64,000 nucleotides of DNA from Candidatus Hydrogenedentota bacterium (lineage in GTDB: Bacteria; Hydrogenedentota; Hydrogenedentia; Hydrogenedentales; SLHB01). Positions 1 to 9,935 of this stretch are shown here, piece after piece. The position numbers and the translations under genes are program-made. The notes under the pieces were generated by a model. That model saw only the letters and a program-made list of their open reading frames with translations. It had not been told where the DNA came from and did no database searches. Where the stretch lies: NCBI GenBank assembly GCA_963668025.2, contig CAXXTH010000019.1, positions 32,001 to 96,000 on the forward strand, in the 5' to 3' direction. How positions within the stretch are numbered: the first letter of the stretch is position 1; every line of letters starts with the position of its first letter.

Positions 1-687
1 GTCCATACCCATGACCACCTTGCCGACCGGGGCAAAGCCGGGTTCGTAGGTGTCGAGCGGCTTGTTATCGCCAAAGTTGATGAACACCTGCAAGGTGCGC
101 GTGTTGGGGCCTGCCGCCGCGAACGAGATCGTGCCGCGCGTGTTGGATTGCTTCACGGGGTCGTCTTTCATGCGCTGGCTGGTCCATTTCGAGCCCACGG
201 CTGGATCGGCGGGGATGCCCCATTGCACCACGAATCCGGGTACGACTCGGAAGAATTTCGCGCTGTTCCACACTCCATCGCGCACCAAGTCATAGACACG
301 TTGTGCACCCAATGGCGCCCAATCCTTGCGGAACTCGGCGACGAAATCACCATTCGAGCACTCAAATTTCACATAGAACACGTCGGGAATACCTCCATCG
401 GGGCCTGTGGGCGGAGTATCGAGGGCTGCATACGCCGAAGCCGTGGCGGCTGCGGGGGCAGGCGCATTGCTTTCGGGCGCGGGCTGGGCCGCTGGGGTCT
501 CGGTGGATGCTTGTGGCGTGTCTTTACTAGCGTCGTTCACGGGCTGCTCCTTCAGACGACCTTCCGCCGCCAGCGCTTGCTTCAGCGTATCGATCGTCAA
601 GCGGTTAGGTTTAAAACTATAGAAATACCATCCCGCCGCGCCCGCCGCGATGATGAGCACGAGTACGATGATGATTTTTCCGGCCAT
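1..687 (-). CDS. Cyclophilin-type peptidyl-prolyl cis-trans isomerase with N-terminal membrane anchor (3' end runs off the window)
   Basis: Manual translation: MAGKIIIVLVLIIAAGAAGWYFY..., then FFRVVPGFVVQWG, SNTRGTISFA, QVFINFGDNKPLD, GFAPVGKVV. RBS AGGAG upstream. Missing from the ORF track because it is truncated. Confidence 0.9.
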   Translation of the reverse strand, partial: MAGKIIIVLVLIIAAGAAGWYFYSFKPNRLTIDTLKQALAAEGRLKEQPVNDASKDTPQASTETPAAQPAPESNAPAPAAATASAYAALDTPPTGPDGGIPDVFYVKFECSNGDFVAEFRKDWAPLGAQRVYDLVRDGVWNSAKFFRVVPGFVVQWGIPADPAVGSKWTSQRMKDDPVKQSNTRGTISFAAAGPNTRTLQVFINFGDNKPLDTYEPGFAPVGKVVMGMD

Positions 688-856
688 GATTGTCTTCTCC
701 TCTTTTCGTGTGCGGTTCTGCTATTGCCGTTTCCATTGATGTTTTTCGTATCTTGCAGCGGCAAAACGCACCGCACTCACTCAGCCAGCATGATTCGTCT
801 CCAAAAATCATGCTCCAGATATTGTCATTCCCGCGAAAGGGGATGATTGCATACTA

Positions 857-1927
857 TTACTCTTCCAGTTCGCCATGGGGAAAAGACCCCAATACTTTCA
901 ATTCCTTGCATTGGGTTCTCAACTCTTCCAGCGCTTCCAGGATGGGCGGGTCTTCCGCATGCCCTATCATATCAATAAAAAATACATATTCCCATGCCCG
1001 GCGCTGCGATGGGCGCGACTCGATGCGTGTTAGATTGATGTTGCGCGACGACAACGGAGTAAGCAAGCTGAACAGCGCGCCGGGATGGTCTTGGATAGCG
1101 CAGAGGATAGCGGTCTTGTCTTGTCCCGTACGCTTGGCCATTTGATGGCCGATGACGAAAAAACGGGTGAAGTTGTGCGACGCATCCTCGATGCCTGGCA
1201 CGAGGATGCGGATATCATACATCTCCGACGCCAGTTCGCTGGCGACAGCCGCCGCGCCGGGTTCTTTGGCGGCGATCTTGGCCGCCTCGGCGGTGCTGGC
1301 CGTCTCGATTTGCTGGGCGTTGGGCAGATTCGCCTTGAGCCAATTTCTGCACTGCACAAGCCCCTGGATTTTCGAGTATACCTTGGTGATGGACTCGATG
1401 GGGCCGTTCGACAACAGATTTTGCTTTATGCGCATCATGACTTCATTGACGATCTTGAGGTCGGACGAGAGGAACCGGTCCAGCGTATCGCTCACGCCGC
1501 CGCCCATCGAGGTCTCGGCGGGAACGACCCCGTAATCCACGCGCTTGCGCTCGACTTCCGTGAAGATATCGTCGATAGTGGCGAGCGAGTGGTATTCCGC
1601 ATGGCGTCCGAAGATGCGCATGGCAGCCAGATGCGTGAATGTGGCGGGTGCGCCGAAATACGCAATATCGACAGGCTTTTCGAGGGCCCGAATGGCGCTG
1701 ATGATCTCGCGGTATATGGCCTTGACGGCCCCCGGCGGCAAAGGCCCCGGATTGAGTTCGCGCAAGCGGTTAAAAATAGCCTTTTCACGCTCAGGCACGT
1801 AATACACGGAGCCGCCAGAACGCTTGATCTCCCCGATATCGAGGGCGCGGCGGGCGCGCTCGTTCAACAGCTCCAACACCTCGGCGTCAATGGCGTCGAT
1901 TCGTTCGCGCAATTCATCGAGCTTCAT
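857..1927 (-). CDS. pheA: Bifunctional chorismate mutase/prephenate dehydratase (P-protein)
   Basis: N-terminal LRERIDAIDAEVLELLNERAR, NFTRFFVIG, and ACT domain NLTRIESRPS. Confidence 0.95.
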   Translation of the reverse strand: MKLDELRERIDAIDAEVLELLNERARRALDIGEIKRSGGSVYYVPEREKAIFNRLRELNPGPLPPGAVKAIYREIISAIRALEKPVDIAYFGAPATFTHLAAMRIFGRHAEYHSLATIDDIFTEVERKRVDYGVVPAETSMGGGVSDTLDRFLSSDLKIVNEVMMRIKQNLLSNGPIESITKVYSKIQGLVQCRNWLKANLPNAQQIETASTAEAAKIAAKEPGAAAVASELASEMYDIRILVPGIEDASHNFTRFFVIGHQMAKRTGQDKTAILCAIQDHPGALFSLLTPLSSRNINLTRIESRPSQRRAWEYVFFIDMIGHAEDPPILEALEELRTQCKELKVLGSFPHGELEE

Positions 1928-1930
1928 ATG

Positions 1931-4063
1931 CTACGCGTCCTCCAATACTTCCAACGGAGCTGCTTTGACCATAAAATCGCGGGAGCGCCCGGTCTTGAAA
2001 CGCACTCGGGCTTTAAGCTTGTCACCTGAACCCGCAGTAAACATCACGACGCCCTCGCCAAATTTCGCGTGGCGCACGCGCATGCCAATATGGAACGCAC
2101 CGGGTTCGGCGGCCTTAGCTCCCGGTTTGGGCGTGGCTGCTTTATGCGCGGGCTCTTTATCGCGTCCCGCCAGGCCCAATTGCGTCCGGGGGATCTCCCG
2201 TATGAACCGCGAAAGTTCCCGCCGCGAATTTTCGCCATACAGCATGCGCTCGCGCGCCGCCGTGAGCGTGAGCGTTTGGCGCGCACGGGTCATAGCCACA
2301 TAACACAAGCGGCGCTCCTCCTCGACTTCTTCGTCGGAATGCAGCGAGCTGGCATGGGGCAGTAGTCCCTCTTCCAACCCTATCAAGAAAACATGCGCGA
2401 ACTCAAGGCCTTTGGCGCTGTGGCAGGTCATGAGCGTCACGGCGGGCGTATCGGGATCCCAATCGTCCACATCGGTCATGAGCGCCAAATCCTGCAAGAA
2501 GGATTCGAGCCCCATCTCGCCTCCGGCATCGCGCCGGGCGCAGGCCGATATGAATTCATCCACCAGTTCCTTGCGGGAACGGAAATCCTCCTCGCCGCGC
2601 CGCATGAATTCAATGTAGCCCGTTTTATCGAGCAGATGCTTCACCAAATTCGCCAGCCCCTCCTCGCGCTTGGCCTCAAGGGCCAAGTCATCTAGGAGAT
2701 GCACCAATTCAGCGGCCGATTGGCGCGCACGGGGCGCAAACGTCTGGTCGCTTTCGATCTCGCGCAACACCGCCAGCAGCGGGCAATTTCGCGCCGCCGC
2801 GTATTCTTCCAGGCGCTCCTGGGTCGAGGCCCCAATGCCGCGCGTGGGCACGTTGATGATACGCCGCATCGAGACATTGTCCGCCGGATTCACCAGCAGG
2901 CGGAGGTAGGCCAGGATGTCTTTTATCTCCTTGCGGGCATAGAACTTAACGCCTCCAACGACCACATAGGCGATACTTTTCAGGCGGAACGCTTCCTCGA
3001 TGGCCCGGGCCTGGCTGTTCGTACGATACAACACCGCCGTCCGGCCCCGTTCGACGCCCAATTTGCCGATGGCCTCCGCCACGAAATGGGCTTCCTCTTC
3101 GCTATCCGCCGCTTCGTAAAACTGCACCGGTTCGCCGCCTTTTTGGGCGGTCCATAACGTTTTGCCGAGCCGTTGTTCGTTGTGCGAGACGACGGCGTTA
3201 GCGGCGCTTAGAATCGGCGCGGTGCTACGGTAATTCTGCTCGAGGCGGAATACCTTGGCGGAAGGGAAATCCTTCTCGAAATCCAGGATATTGCGAATGG
3301 TCGCACCCCGCCAGCCATAAATGCTCTGATCTTCGTCCCCTACGACAAAGAGGTTGCCATGGCTTTCGGATAACTGGCGCGCAAGCAGATATTGCACCCG
3401 GTTCGTATCCTGGTATTCGTCGATATGGACATATTGATAGCGGCGCTGGTAGCGCTCACGCACCTCCGCGTGTTCCTGGAACAAGCGTACGGGCAGCACG
3501 AGCAGATCATCAAAATCCACCGCGGACGCGCGAAACAGGGCTTCGTGGTAGCCATGCCAGAGGTGGAGGAAGGTCATTTCCTCGAGCGTGGCGGCGTCCT
3601 CGGGCTGGGGCGTGCGGAACTCCTGTTTTTGCAGGCTGATCCAGGCCAAGGCGTCACGCGGCGATACGGCGGTCCACTTCGCATCGAGCGCGCGGATAAG
3701 CTGTTTCACAAGCGACATCTGGTCGGAATCATCGAGCACCGTAAATACCTTCGGCCTGCCCAGGTGCTCGATTTCGCGCCGCAAGATGAATAGCCCGAAA
3801 GAATGGAATGTGCCCAGCCATGCCCCAATGCGCTCTCGTCCGAGGCGGACCGCCACGCGCTGGCGCATTTCCTCGGCGGCCTTGTTGGTGAAGGTCAAGG
3901 CAAGGATATGCCGGGGGTCCACCCCTTGCTCGCCAATCAGCCAGGCGAGGCGCTCGACGATGACGCGGGTTTTACCCGAGCCAGCGCCAGCCAGCACCAA
4001 AGACGCCCCATCGCCGTCCGTGGCTGCCCGCAATTGGGCTTCATTCATTTCCGGCACAAGCAT
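1931..4063 (-). CDS. uvrD: UvrD/PcrA superfamily 1 DNA helicase
   Basis: AGAGSGKT, DEYQD, VGDEDQSIYGWRG, LEQNYRS, HSAKGLEF, YVAMTRA and C-terminal RVRHAKFGEG. Start uncertain (4063 or 4048). Confidence 0.93.
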   Translation of the reverse strand: MLVPEMNEAQLRAATDGDGASLVLAGAGSGKTRVIVERLAWLIGEQGVDPRHILALTFTNKAAEEMRQRVAVRLGRERIGAWLGTFHSFGLFILRREIEHLGRPKVFTVLDDSDQMSLVKQLIRALDAKWTAVSPRDALAWISLQKQEFRTPQPEDAATLEEMTFLHLWHGYHEALFRASAVDFDDLLVLPVRLFQEHAEVRERYQRRYQYVHIDEYQDTNRVQYLLARQLSESHGNLFVVGDEDQSIYGWRGATIRNILDFEKDFPSAKVFRLEQNYRSTAPILSAANAVVSHNEQRLGKTLWTAQKGGEPVQFYEAADSEEEAHFVAEAIGKLGVERGRTAVLYRTNSQARAIEEAFRLKSIAYVVVGGVKFYARKEIKDILAYLRLLVNPADNVSMRRIINVPTRGIGASTQERLEEYAAARNCPLLAVLREIESDQTFAPRARQSAAELVHLLDDLALEAKREEGLANLVKHLLDKTGYIEFMRRGEEDFRSRKELVDEFISACARRDAGGEMGLESFLQDLALMTDVDDWDPDTPAVTLMTCHSAKGLEFAHVFLIGLEEGLLPHASSLHSDEEVEEERRLCYVAMTRARQTLTLTAARERMLYGENSRRELSRFIREIPRTQLGLAGRDKEPAHKAATPKPGAKAAEPGAFHIGMRVRHAKFGEGVVMFTAGSGDKLKARVRFKTGRSRDFMVKAAPLEVLEDA

Positions 4064-4366
4064 ACCCCTTTTCCATACTGCGTTCTGGCAAAATAGTGCG
4101 TTCTTGAGATAAATTCCTATGCAAACCAGCATCTAGCCTATTTTTTAGACGGGAGAGCGTTGCACCCACCCTCCCACCTTCTCGCATAGGTGAGACGCCC
4201 ATGCCACGGGAATTAAAAACTTCATGGGATGATATATTCGCGGTATATACCCCGTGTTGTGGGTTGCGGCTTGGCCGAGTTGGGCATTTTTTTATTTTTT
4301 CACAAAGCCAAAAGATCGTATGACACCCAGCCCTCGAATTCAAGCACCAAGACCTCTCAAAAACAC

Positions 4367-4393
4367 TCAAGTTTTAGCTCCAACTGCCGATAG
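4367..4393 (+). promoter_or_regulatory. Sigma-28 (FliA)-type promoter
   Basis: TCAA-N15-GCCGATAG compared with consensus TAAA-N15-GCCGATAA, about 50 bp upstream of the ORF at 4443. Confidence 0.75.
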
Positions 4394-4442
4394 ATATGAT
4401 AAGTAAAAGATGCTGACGGATCAGAAAAAGTAAAAGCCAAGG

Positions 4443-4769
4443 ATGGCGGCCATGAACATCACATCTCTTCAGACAAGTGCTTCCTCAAATGGACAATCAA
4501 TTCTGGCTTCTAAAGCAACCCTTAGCCAAAAATCATCTACCGCATCGGCTAACGATTCTTCAGACGCCAGCACATTGTCCATTTCTACAGAGGCCCAGGA
4601 AGCAGCTTCCGCTCAAAACGCCTCTAATGAGCGCCAAGCAGTATTAACCTTGCTCAGCAAGGTGTTTGAGGCATCCACTCAGGCAATCGCTGACGCTTTT
4701 GCCAACACCCCTTCACAGTACACAGGTTCATCCGGCGCGGTAGGCGGCATGTTGAATCTGGCGGCGTAA
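4443..4769 (+). CDS. Small Ser/Ala-rich protein, YjfB-like (putative motility-associated)
   Basis: 108 aa. QAVLTLLSKVFEAS...GGMLNLAA resembles the YjfB C-terminal pattern. Preceded by a sigma-28-type promoter and followed by a terminator. Confidence 0.55.
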   Translation: MAAMNITSLQTSASSNGQSILASKATLSQKSSTASANDSSDASTLSISTEAQEAASAQNASNERQAVLTLLSKVFEASTQAIADAFANTPSQYTGSSGAVGGMLNLAA

Positions 4770-4815
4770 GGACAACTTTCCGGCAAAACAATTGCTGGAA
4801 TGGGCGGCCGCAATG

Positions 4816-4859
4816 AATACGGAGGAGCAGGGCAGTTCATGCCTTGCTCCTCCGTATTT
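4816..4859 (+). terminator. Intrinsic terminator hairpin, target of the IIC intron
   Basis: AATACGGAGGAGCAGGGCA-gttca-TGCCTTGCTCCTCCGTATT. Its T-tract is split by the intron (TTT | TTTT at 8111). Confidence 0.85.
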
Positions 4860-6261
4860 GTGTGCCAAGCATGGCGCGGATCTAAGGGGTGTAAGTCCCC
4901 TGCAAGCCCTGATGGTGGGAATTGCTAGCCAAGAGCAAGGGCGTCGCCGCGAGGCGGGGTCTGGAGGAAGCAGGAGGCAAAAGTCGGACTCGACGCACAG
5001 AAACCGGATAGAAGGCCGGGGTGGCGGGGCAAGCCAGCAATGGATGGCGACGCCCAATAACCATTCGGACACACACCTTGGTAAATCCGGCGAGGCCCGG
5101 CGGAAAGAGGCGCGTCTTACCTTGGGAGACCTGTTCATCTGTCTGGAAGAGCCAGACTAGCGGGATGGCAACATGTCGCGAGGGGTGGGCAGGAGTCAGC
5201 CGAGGCCATAATACCCGCAAGGGGAAGGGCCGAATCGATCATTCAAGGAGCAGCATTGAACGTCTCGTGGGATAGGGAGCGGCAGGAAGTAGCAGGTTGC
5301 CAGATGGAGTTCCCACTGGAGTCGGCTTGCCACGGCGCAATCGGAGAAGGCGGAACCGAATCGGATGCGTTCGAGGCGCGGCAACTATCCCCGGCGGCGA
5401 ACAAGAGGCGAGCCTTGACGCAAGACTTGATGGAACGGGTCGCGAGTCTTGCGAACCTGACGGAAGCGGTACGCCGGGTGCAACGGAACAAAGGCGCGGC
5501 GGGTGCGGACGTCATGAGCGTACGCGACCTGAAGCGTTGGTTTCCGGAACACTGGCGGGGACTGCAAGAGGAACTGACGGCAGGGCGCTACCGTCCCCAA
5601 CCGGTGTTGGGAGTGCAAATCCCCAAGCCGGGCGGGGGGATGCGGCAACTGGGCATTCCGACGGTGGTGGACCGAGTCGTGCAACAAGCGCTCTTGCAGG
5701 CTCTCGAACCGCTTCTAGACCCGGCCTTCTCGGAAAGCAGTTATGGATTTCGTCCAAGGCACAATGCACATCAGGCGCTGCGGCAAGCCAGCACGTACGT
5801 AAGCGAAGGCCGCTGCATTGTTGTGGACATGGACCTGGAAAAATTCTTCGACCGGGTCAACCACGACATCCTGATGGCGCGCGTGGCGCGGCACGTGTCA
5901 GACAAACGCGTACTCCGACTCATCCGCTGGTTTCTTGAAGTCGGCATGATGCAGAACGGCGTATGCATCGAACGATACGAAGGGACCCCGCAAGGCGGTC
6001 CTCTATCGCCGCTGCTGGCCAACCTGCTCTTGGACGACCTGGACAAGGAGTTGGAGAAACGAGGGCATCGTTTTTGCCGCTATGCGGACGACTGCAACAT
6101 TTACGTGCAGACGATACGCGCGGGAGAACGTGTCCTGACATCGGTCACGCAGTTCCTTGAGGGGAAACTGAAACTACGGGTGAACCGCGAGAAGAGCGCG
6201 GTGGCGTTCGTGGGAGAGCGGAAATTTTTGGGTTATCGCTTGCTGGGTGGGGGGCGATTGG

Positions 6262-7607
6262 CATAAGCGCTAACCTTATTTGATGTCTCCTGACGAATCT
6301 TCTATACTGGGTGCATGGAAGCAGCGTGGAATGAGAATTGGCAGTGTTTACAGCGTTTTCTCCCTGCTGGATGGGAGGACAAGGCTCGTGAATTGGGCGC
6401 GTGGCACCGCAAGCCTCGTTCTATATCGTCGACGGAATCGCTCCTGCGCTTGCTGTTGATCCATTTGGCGGATGGGTGTTCTCTGCGTGAGGCTGTCGTT
6501 CGTGCTCGAGAAGGGAATGTGGCGTCCGTGTCGGATGTGGCACTTCTTAAGCGGTTGCGTGCTTCGGGGGAATGGCTGCGGTGGATGGCCGTAGAGATAC
6601 TTCAACGTCGCGCGGGACCGTGCGTTCGGCCTGCATGGCTGGAGTATTACCGTGTTCGCGTCGTGGATGCGAGCGTTGTCTGCGAACCGGGAAGCACGGG
6701 AACGGACTGGCGCGTTCACTACAGCCTATGTTTATACGGTCTTCAATGCGATGAGTTTCATATTACCGGCCCGAAGGTTGGAGAGAGTTTCGCGCGATTC
6801 CGAGTCTCGCCTGGCGACCTATTGCTCGGAGATCGTGCTTATGGGCATCTCAAAGGTTTTCGTTATGTGCTCGGCCATAACGGGAACTTTCTGACGCGTC
6901 TTAAGAATAAAGCCTTCAGTCTTCGGAATGGCGCAGGGAACACCTGTCCACTGGCTGGATTGGTGGCGTCTCTAGAGGTAGGGGAAGTGGGTGATTGGGC
7001 CCTGATTGGCCAGGCAAAGGGGCAGGAGGAGCTGGCGCTACGGATCTGTGCGCTGCGTTTGAGCGAGGAAGCCGCCGCGCAAAGCATCCGCCGGGCGAAG
7101 AAAGAGCTAAGCAAGAAGCAACGGAGTCTGGATCCCGAAACGCTTGTGCTGCATCGCTACGTCATACTGGCCACATCCTTGCCGGATTCAATATCGCCGC
7201 ACCAGGTTATCGAGTTGTACCGGGCGCGCTGGCAGGTGGAGTTGGCCTTCAAACGGATGAAGTCGATTATGGGATTGGGACACTTGCCAAAGGAAGACGA
7301 GGAGTCGGCCAAGGCTTGGCTCCACGGCAAAATGCTTGTCTCCTGCCTTGCCCAGGCCATTGTTGATGAGGGGCGCTTTTTTTCCCCCTGGGGATATCCA
7401 CTGTGACGATATCTACCGCGAGGCCTCCTTGTGGCGCGAACTCTCTTTCGCCTTGCACCTCCTTCGCCAAGCGGTCAATCCGACGCTTGGATTATCCGAA
7501 TGCATCAGCCAGTGGCGGGAAATCGCGAGAGATCTGGCAGAGCCCCCAAGGAAGCGAATGCAACAGTTGCGTGGTTTGATGGAGGCAATATAAGGTTAGC
7601 GCTTATG
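6262..7607 (+). mobile_element. IS4-family insertion sequence, 1346 bp
   Basis: Perfect 18-bp TIRs CATAAGCGCTAACCTTAT (6262-6279 and 7590-7607). Perfect 11-bp target duplication GGGGCGATTGG (6251-6261 and 7608-7618). Confidence 0.95.
6315..7406 (+). CDS. IS4-family DDE transposase
   Basis: VVDAS, LGDRAY and the YREK signature YRARWQVELAFKRMKS. Confidence 0.92.
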   Translation: MEAAWNENWQCLQRFLPAGWEDKARELGAWHRKPRSISSTESLLRLLLIHLADGCSLREAVVRAREGNVASVSDVALLKRLRASGEWLRWMAVEILQRRAGPCVRPAWLEYYRVRVVDASVVCEPGSTGTDWRVHYSLCLYGLQCDEFHITGPKVGESFARFRVSPGDLLLGDRAYGHLKGFRYVLGHNGNFLTRLKNKAFSLRNGAGNTCPLAGLVASLEVGEVGDWALIGQAKGQEELALRICALRLSEEAAAQSIRRAKKELSKKQRSLDPETLVLHRYVILATSLPDSISPHQVIELYRARWQVELAFKRMKSIMGLGHLPKEDEESAKAWLHGKMLVSCLAQAIVDEGRFFSPWGYPL

Positions 7608-8155
7608 GGGGCGATTGGGCATCGCGCCCAAGAGCCTCGACCGGGCGAAAGACCGCATCCGCGACATCACGCGACGCAACCGCGGCGACGCCAAAGTGCG
7701 CCAGATGATTGAGGAGCTCAACAGCTTCCTGAGCGGCTGGATAACCTACTATCGGTTTGCCGAAGCAAAGGGCCATCTGGAACGCCTCGGGGAATGGATG
7801 CGGCGCAAACTGCGCTGCGTCATCCTCAAACGCCTCAAGCGCACGAAAACCATAGCGGACTTCCTTAGAAAACTAGGCGTGCCGCAATTTCAGGCGTGGA
7901 TACTCGCAGGGTCCGGGAAGGGCTGGTGGCGCAAAGCGGGGAGTCCTCCCGCGCAACACGCCATGGACAAACAATGGTTCGCGAAACAAAAACTGATAGA
8001 CCCGGTTCAACGGTACGAAACGTTCAAAAATGACCGAAACCGCCGTGGTACCGAGCAGGTATGCCCGGTGGTGTGAGAGGGGGGGACCGTGAGGAACCCC
8101 CCTACTCGATTTTTGAGCTGGCCCCAGGGTCATTGCATTAAAAACAACCTCGGAT

Positions 8156-8221
8156 TGGCCTCAAGAGGCGCAAAAAACGCAAAATCAATTCATTTTTGTG
8201 TCTTTTGCGCCTTTTGTGGCT
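8156..8221. repeat. Palindromic intergenic element with ~9-nt periodic arms
   Basis: TGGCCTCAAGAGGCGCAAAAAACGCAAAA...TTTTGTGTCTTTTGCGCCTTTTGTGGCT, a close relative of 23162-23232. Confidence 0.75.
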
Positions 8222-8286
8222 CATTATCAGGAAATGTCAGGAAATGTGGGGAGTGGCGTTTCAGATAGGTTTGGACAAACAAACAC

Positions 8287-9815
8287 GTAACACTTTAGCC
8301 GTCTGGCGCAACTATAAGTAGCGTTTCGGTATAATATAGTTACAAGATGTTGTGGTTTTGGGCCAAGACGCCATGATGACGGCAATAAGTGGCATTCCCA
8401 TTGGGACCGCTGCTCTCGGAGGAGCAAGCCCGTGCAATCTATGCATTGGGCGAAGATGCCGTGGTGTTTGCCCTGTTGGCGCAATCCAAGCTGCTGTCGG
8501 AGCAGCAGGCCGAGGCGGCGTCCACTTCCCACCAAACGCCCTCCACCCCTTCGGGCATGCAGCCAGTTTACGGGAAACCCCAGACGCCTGTGCGCGGCAA
8601 GAAAAAGCCGGGACGCAAAATGGGCCACCCCGGCAGCCGCCGCGTGCCGCCCGAGCGCGTCGACCGGCGCGAAACACACCGCGCCAAGGTGTGTCCCGAC
8701 TGCGGCGGGCCGCTGGACCGCTGCACGGAAACCCGCACGCGTTACACTGAAGACATCCCCGAAGACATCCGCTCGGAAGTCACCGAACATACCATTCACC
8801 GCGATTGGTGTCCGCGATGCAAGAAGAAAGTCGAACCGGTCGTAACGGCGGCTTTGCCAGGCGCGACCCTGGGCAACCGGGTGCTCGTCCTCAGCGCGTG
8901 GCTGCACTATATGTTGGGCAACACGCTCTCGCAAATCGTGGAGGTCTTCGATTTCCACCTGCTTTTCCAGGTCACGCCGGGCGGGCTGCTGCACATGTGG
9001 CGACGGCTGGCGGAGGTTCTCTTGCCTTGGTACGAGGCCATTCACCAAGAGGCGCTGAACTCGGCGGTGCTCAACGCCGACGAGACCGGCTGGCGCGTGA
9101 ATGGCAAGACCCGATGGCTGTGGTGTTTCGCCACCAAAGGGCTGAGCTTTTTCTTGATCGACCATTCGCGGGGGAGTCCGGCGCTGCAGCAATTCTTCAC
9201 GCAGGAGTTCGCTGGAACGCTGGTCGCCGACTTCTGGGCCGCGTACAACGCCGTGGCGTGCGCCGCCCGGCAGAAGTGCCTGGTGCATCTGTTGCGTGAA
9301 CTCGAACACGTGGAGAAATACAAGTCGCCCAGTCCGGCCTGGCCCGCCTTCGCCAAGAAGCTGCGCCGCCTGGTTGGCGACGCCATCCGCCTGCGGCGGC
9401 GGCGCGGCGAACTCGAACCGGAGGCGTACGAATCGCGCCGTGGCTGCATTGTCCGGCGCTTGCGGGAATTGTGCGATACGCCGTGGGAAGACGCCAACGC
9501 CAAGCGCCTCATCAAGCGGCTGCGCCGACACCAGGATGAACTCTTCACTTTTCTCGGCCAATCCGATGTTCCCTTCGACAACAACCTGGCGGAACGCTCC
9601 ATCCGTCCCGCCGTGATCCTGCGCAAGAACAGTTACTGCAACCGCAGCGACCAAGGCGCCGCCATACAAGCGGTGCTCATGAGCGTCTTTTTTACCCTGA
9701 AAAAGCGCGGGCAAAATCCCGTCAGCACCGTCTGCGCCGCCCTCGTCCACTACCTCAAGACCGGCCAATTGCCTCCCCTGCCACCGGAAAACCTGCCAAT
9801 CGGCTAAAGTGTTAC
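8287..9815 (+). mobile_element. IS66-family element, single-ORF (ISBst12-like)
   Basis: 15-bp perfect TIRs GTAACACTTTAGCCG (8287-8301 and 9801-9815). The 8-bp flanks ACAAACAC and TAAAACAC match 6/8. Confidence 0.9.
8389..9807 (+). CDS. IS66 transposase (TnpC-like)
   Basis: CPDCGG and CPRC zinc finger, NADETGW, QKCLVHLLRE, DNNLAERSIRPAV. Confidence 0.93.
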   Translation: MAFPLGPLLSEEQARAIYALGEDAVVFALLAQSKLLSEQQAEAASTSHQTPSTPSGMQPVYGKPQTPVRGKKKPGRKMGHPGSRRVPPERVDRRETHRAKVCPDCGGPLDRCTETRTRYTEDIPEDIRSEVTEHTIHRDWCPRCKKKVEPVVTAALPGATLGNRVLVLSAWLHYMLGNTLSQIVEVFDFHLLFQVTPGGLLHMWRRLAEVLLPWYEAIHQEALNSAVLNADETGWRVNGKTRWLWCFATKGLSFFLIDHSRGSPALQQFFTQEFAGTLVADFWAAYNAVACAARQKCLVHLLRELEHVEKYKSPSPAWPAFAKKLRRLVGDAIRLRRRRGELEPEAYESRRGCIVRRLRELCDTPWEDANAKRLIKRLRRHQDELFTFLGQSDVPFDNNLAERSIRPAVILRKNSYCNRSDQGAAIQAVLMSVFFTLKKRGQNPVSTVCAALVHYLKTGQLPPLPPENLPIG

Positions 9816-9935
9816 TAAAACACAAATACTCTGACGAGAGGAAAAAGCACTGCTTTTTTAATGTGATCGTCCTGGAGCTGGCCCAAATTTTGTGCATTCC
9901 TGCTCCCTCTGATACATTGAAATGGAGGAGGGGGC

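Larger units (their letters stand above)
5304..8076 (+). pseudogene. ltrA: Group II intron reverse transcriptase/maturase, interrupted by an IS4 element
   Basis: RQLGIPTVVDR, DLEKFFD, GTPQGGPLSPLL, RYADD, FLGY. Removing 6262-7618 restores the frame ...GGGRLGIAPKSLDRAK... into the maturase domain (GWITYYRFA). No endonuclease domain. Confidence 0.92.
4860..8110 (+). mobile_element. Group II intron, class IIC
   Basis: 5' end GTGTGCCAAGCATGG. Short domain V AACCGCCGTGGTACCGAGCAGGTATGCCCGGTGGT with CGC triad. Domain VI ends CCTACTCGAT. Inserted immediately after a terminator stem. Confidence 0.93.

Noticed and set aside
148-846. 232-aa plus-strand ORF
   Set aside because: It is antisense to the truncated cyclophilin gene, which has clear motifs.
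5256-6266. RT as a retron, DGR or defence-associated reverse transcriptase
   Set aside because: It lies within clear group IIC intron boundaries and rejoins a maturase domain once the IS is removed. No template/variable repeat pair or msr-msd was seen.
8227-9897. 556-aa minus-strand ORF
   Set aside because: It is the antisense shadow of the GC-rich IS66 transposase, crosses both IS ends, and has no recognisable motifs.
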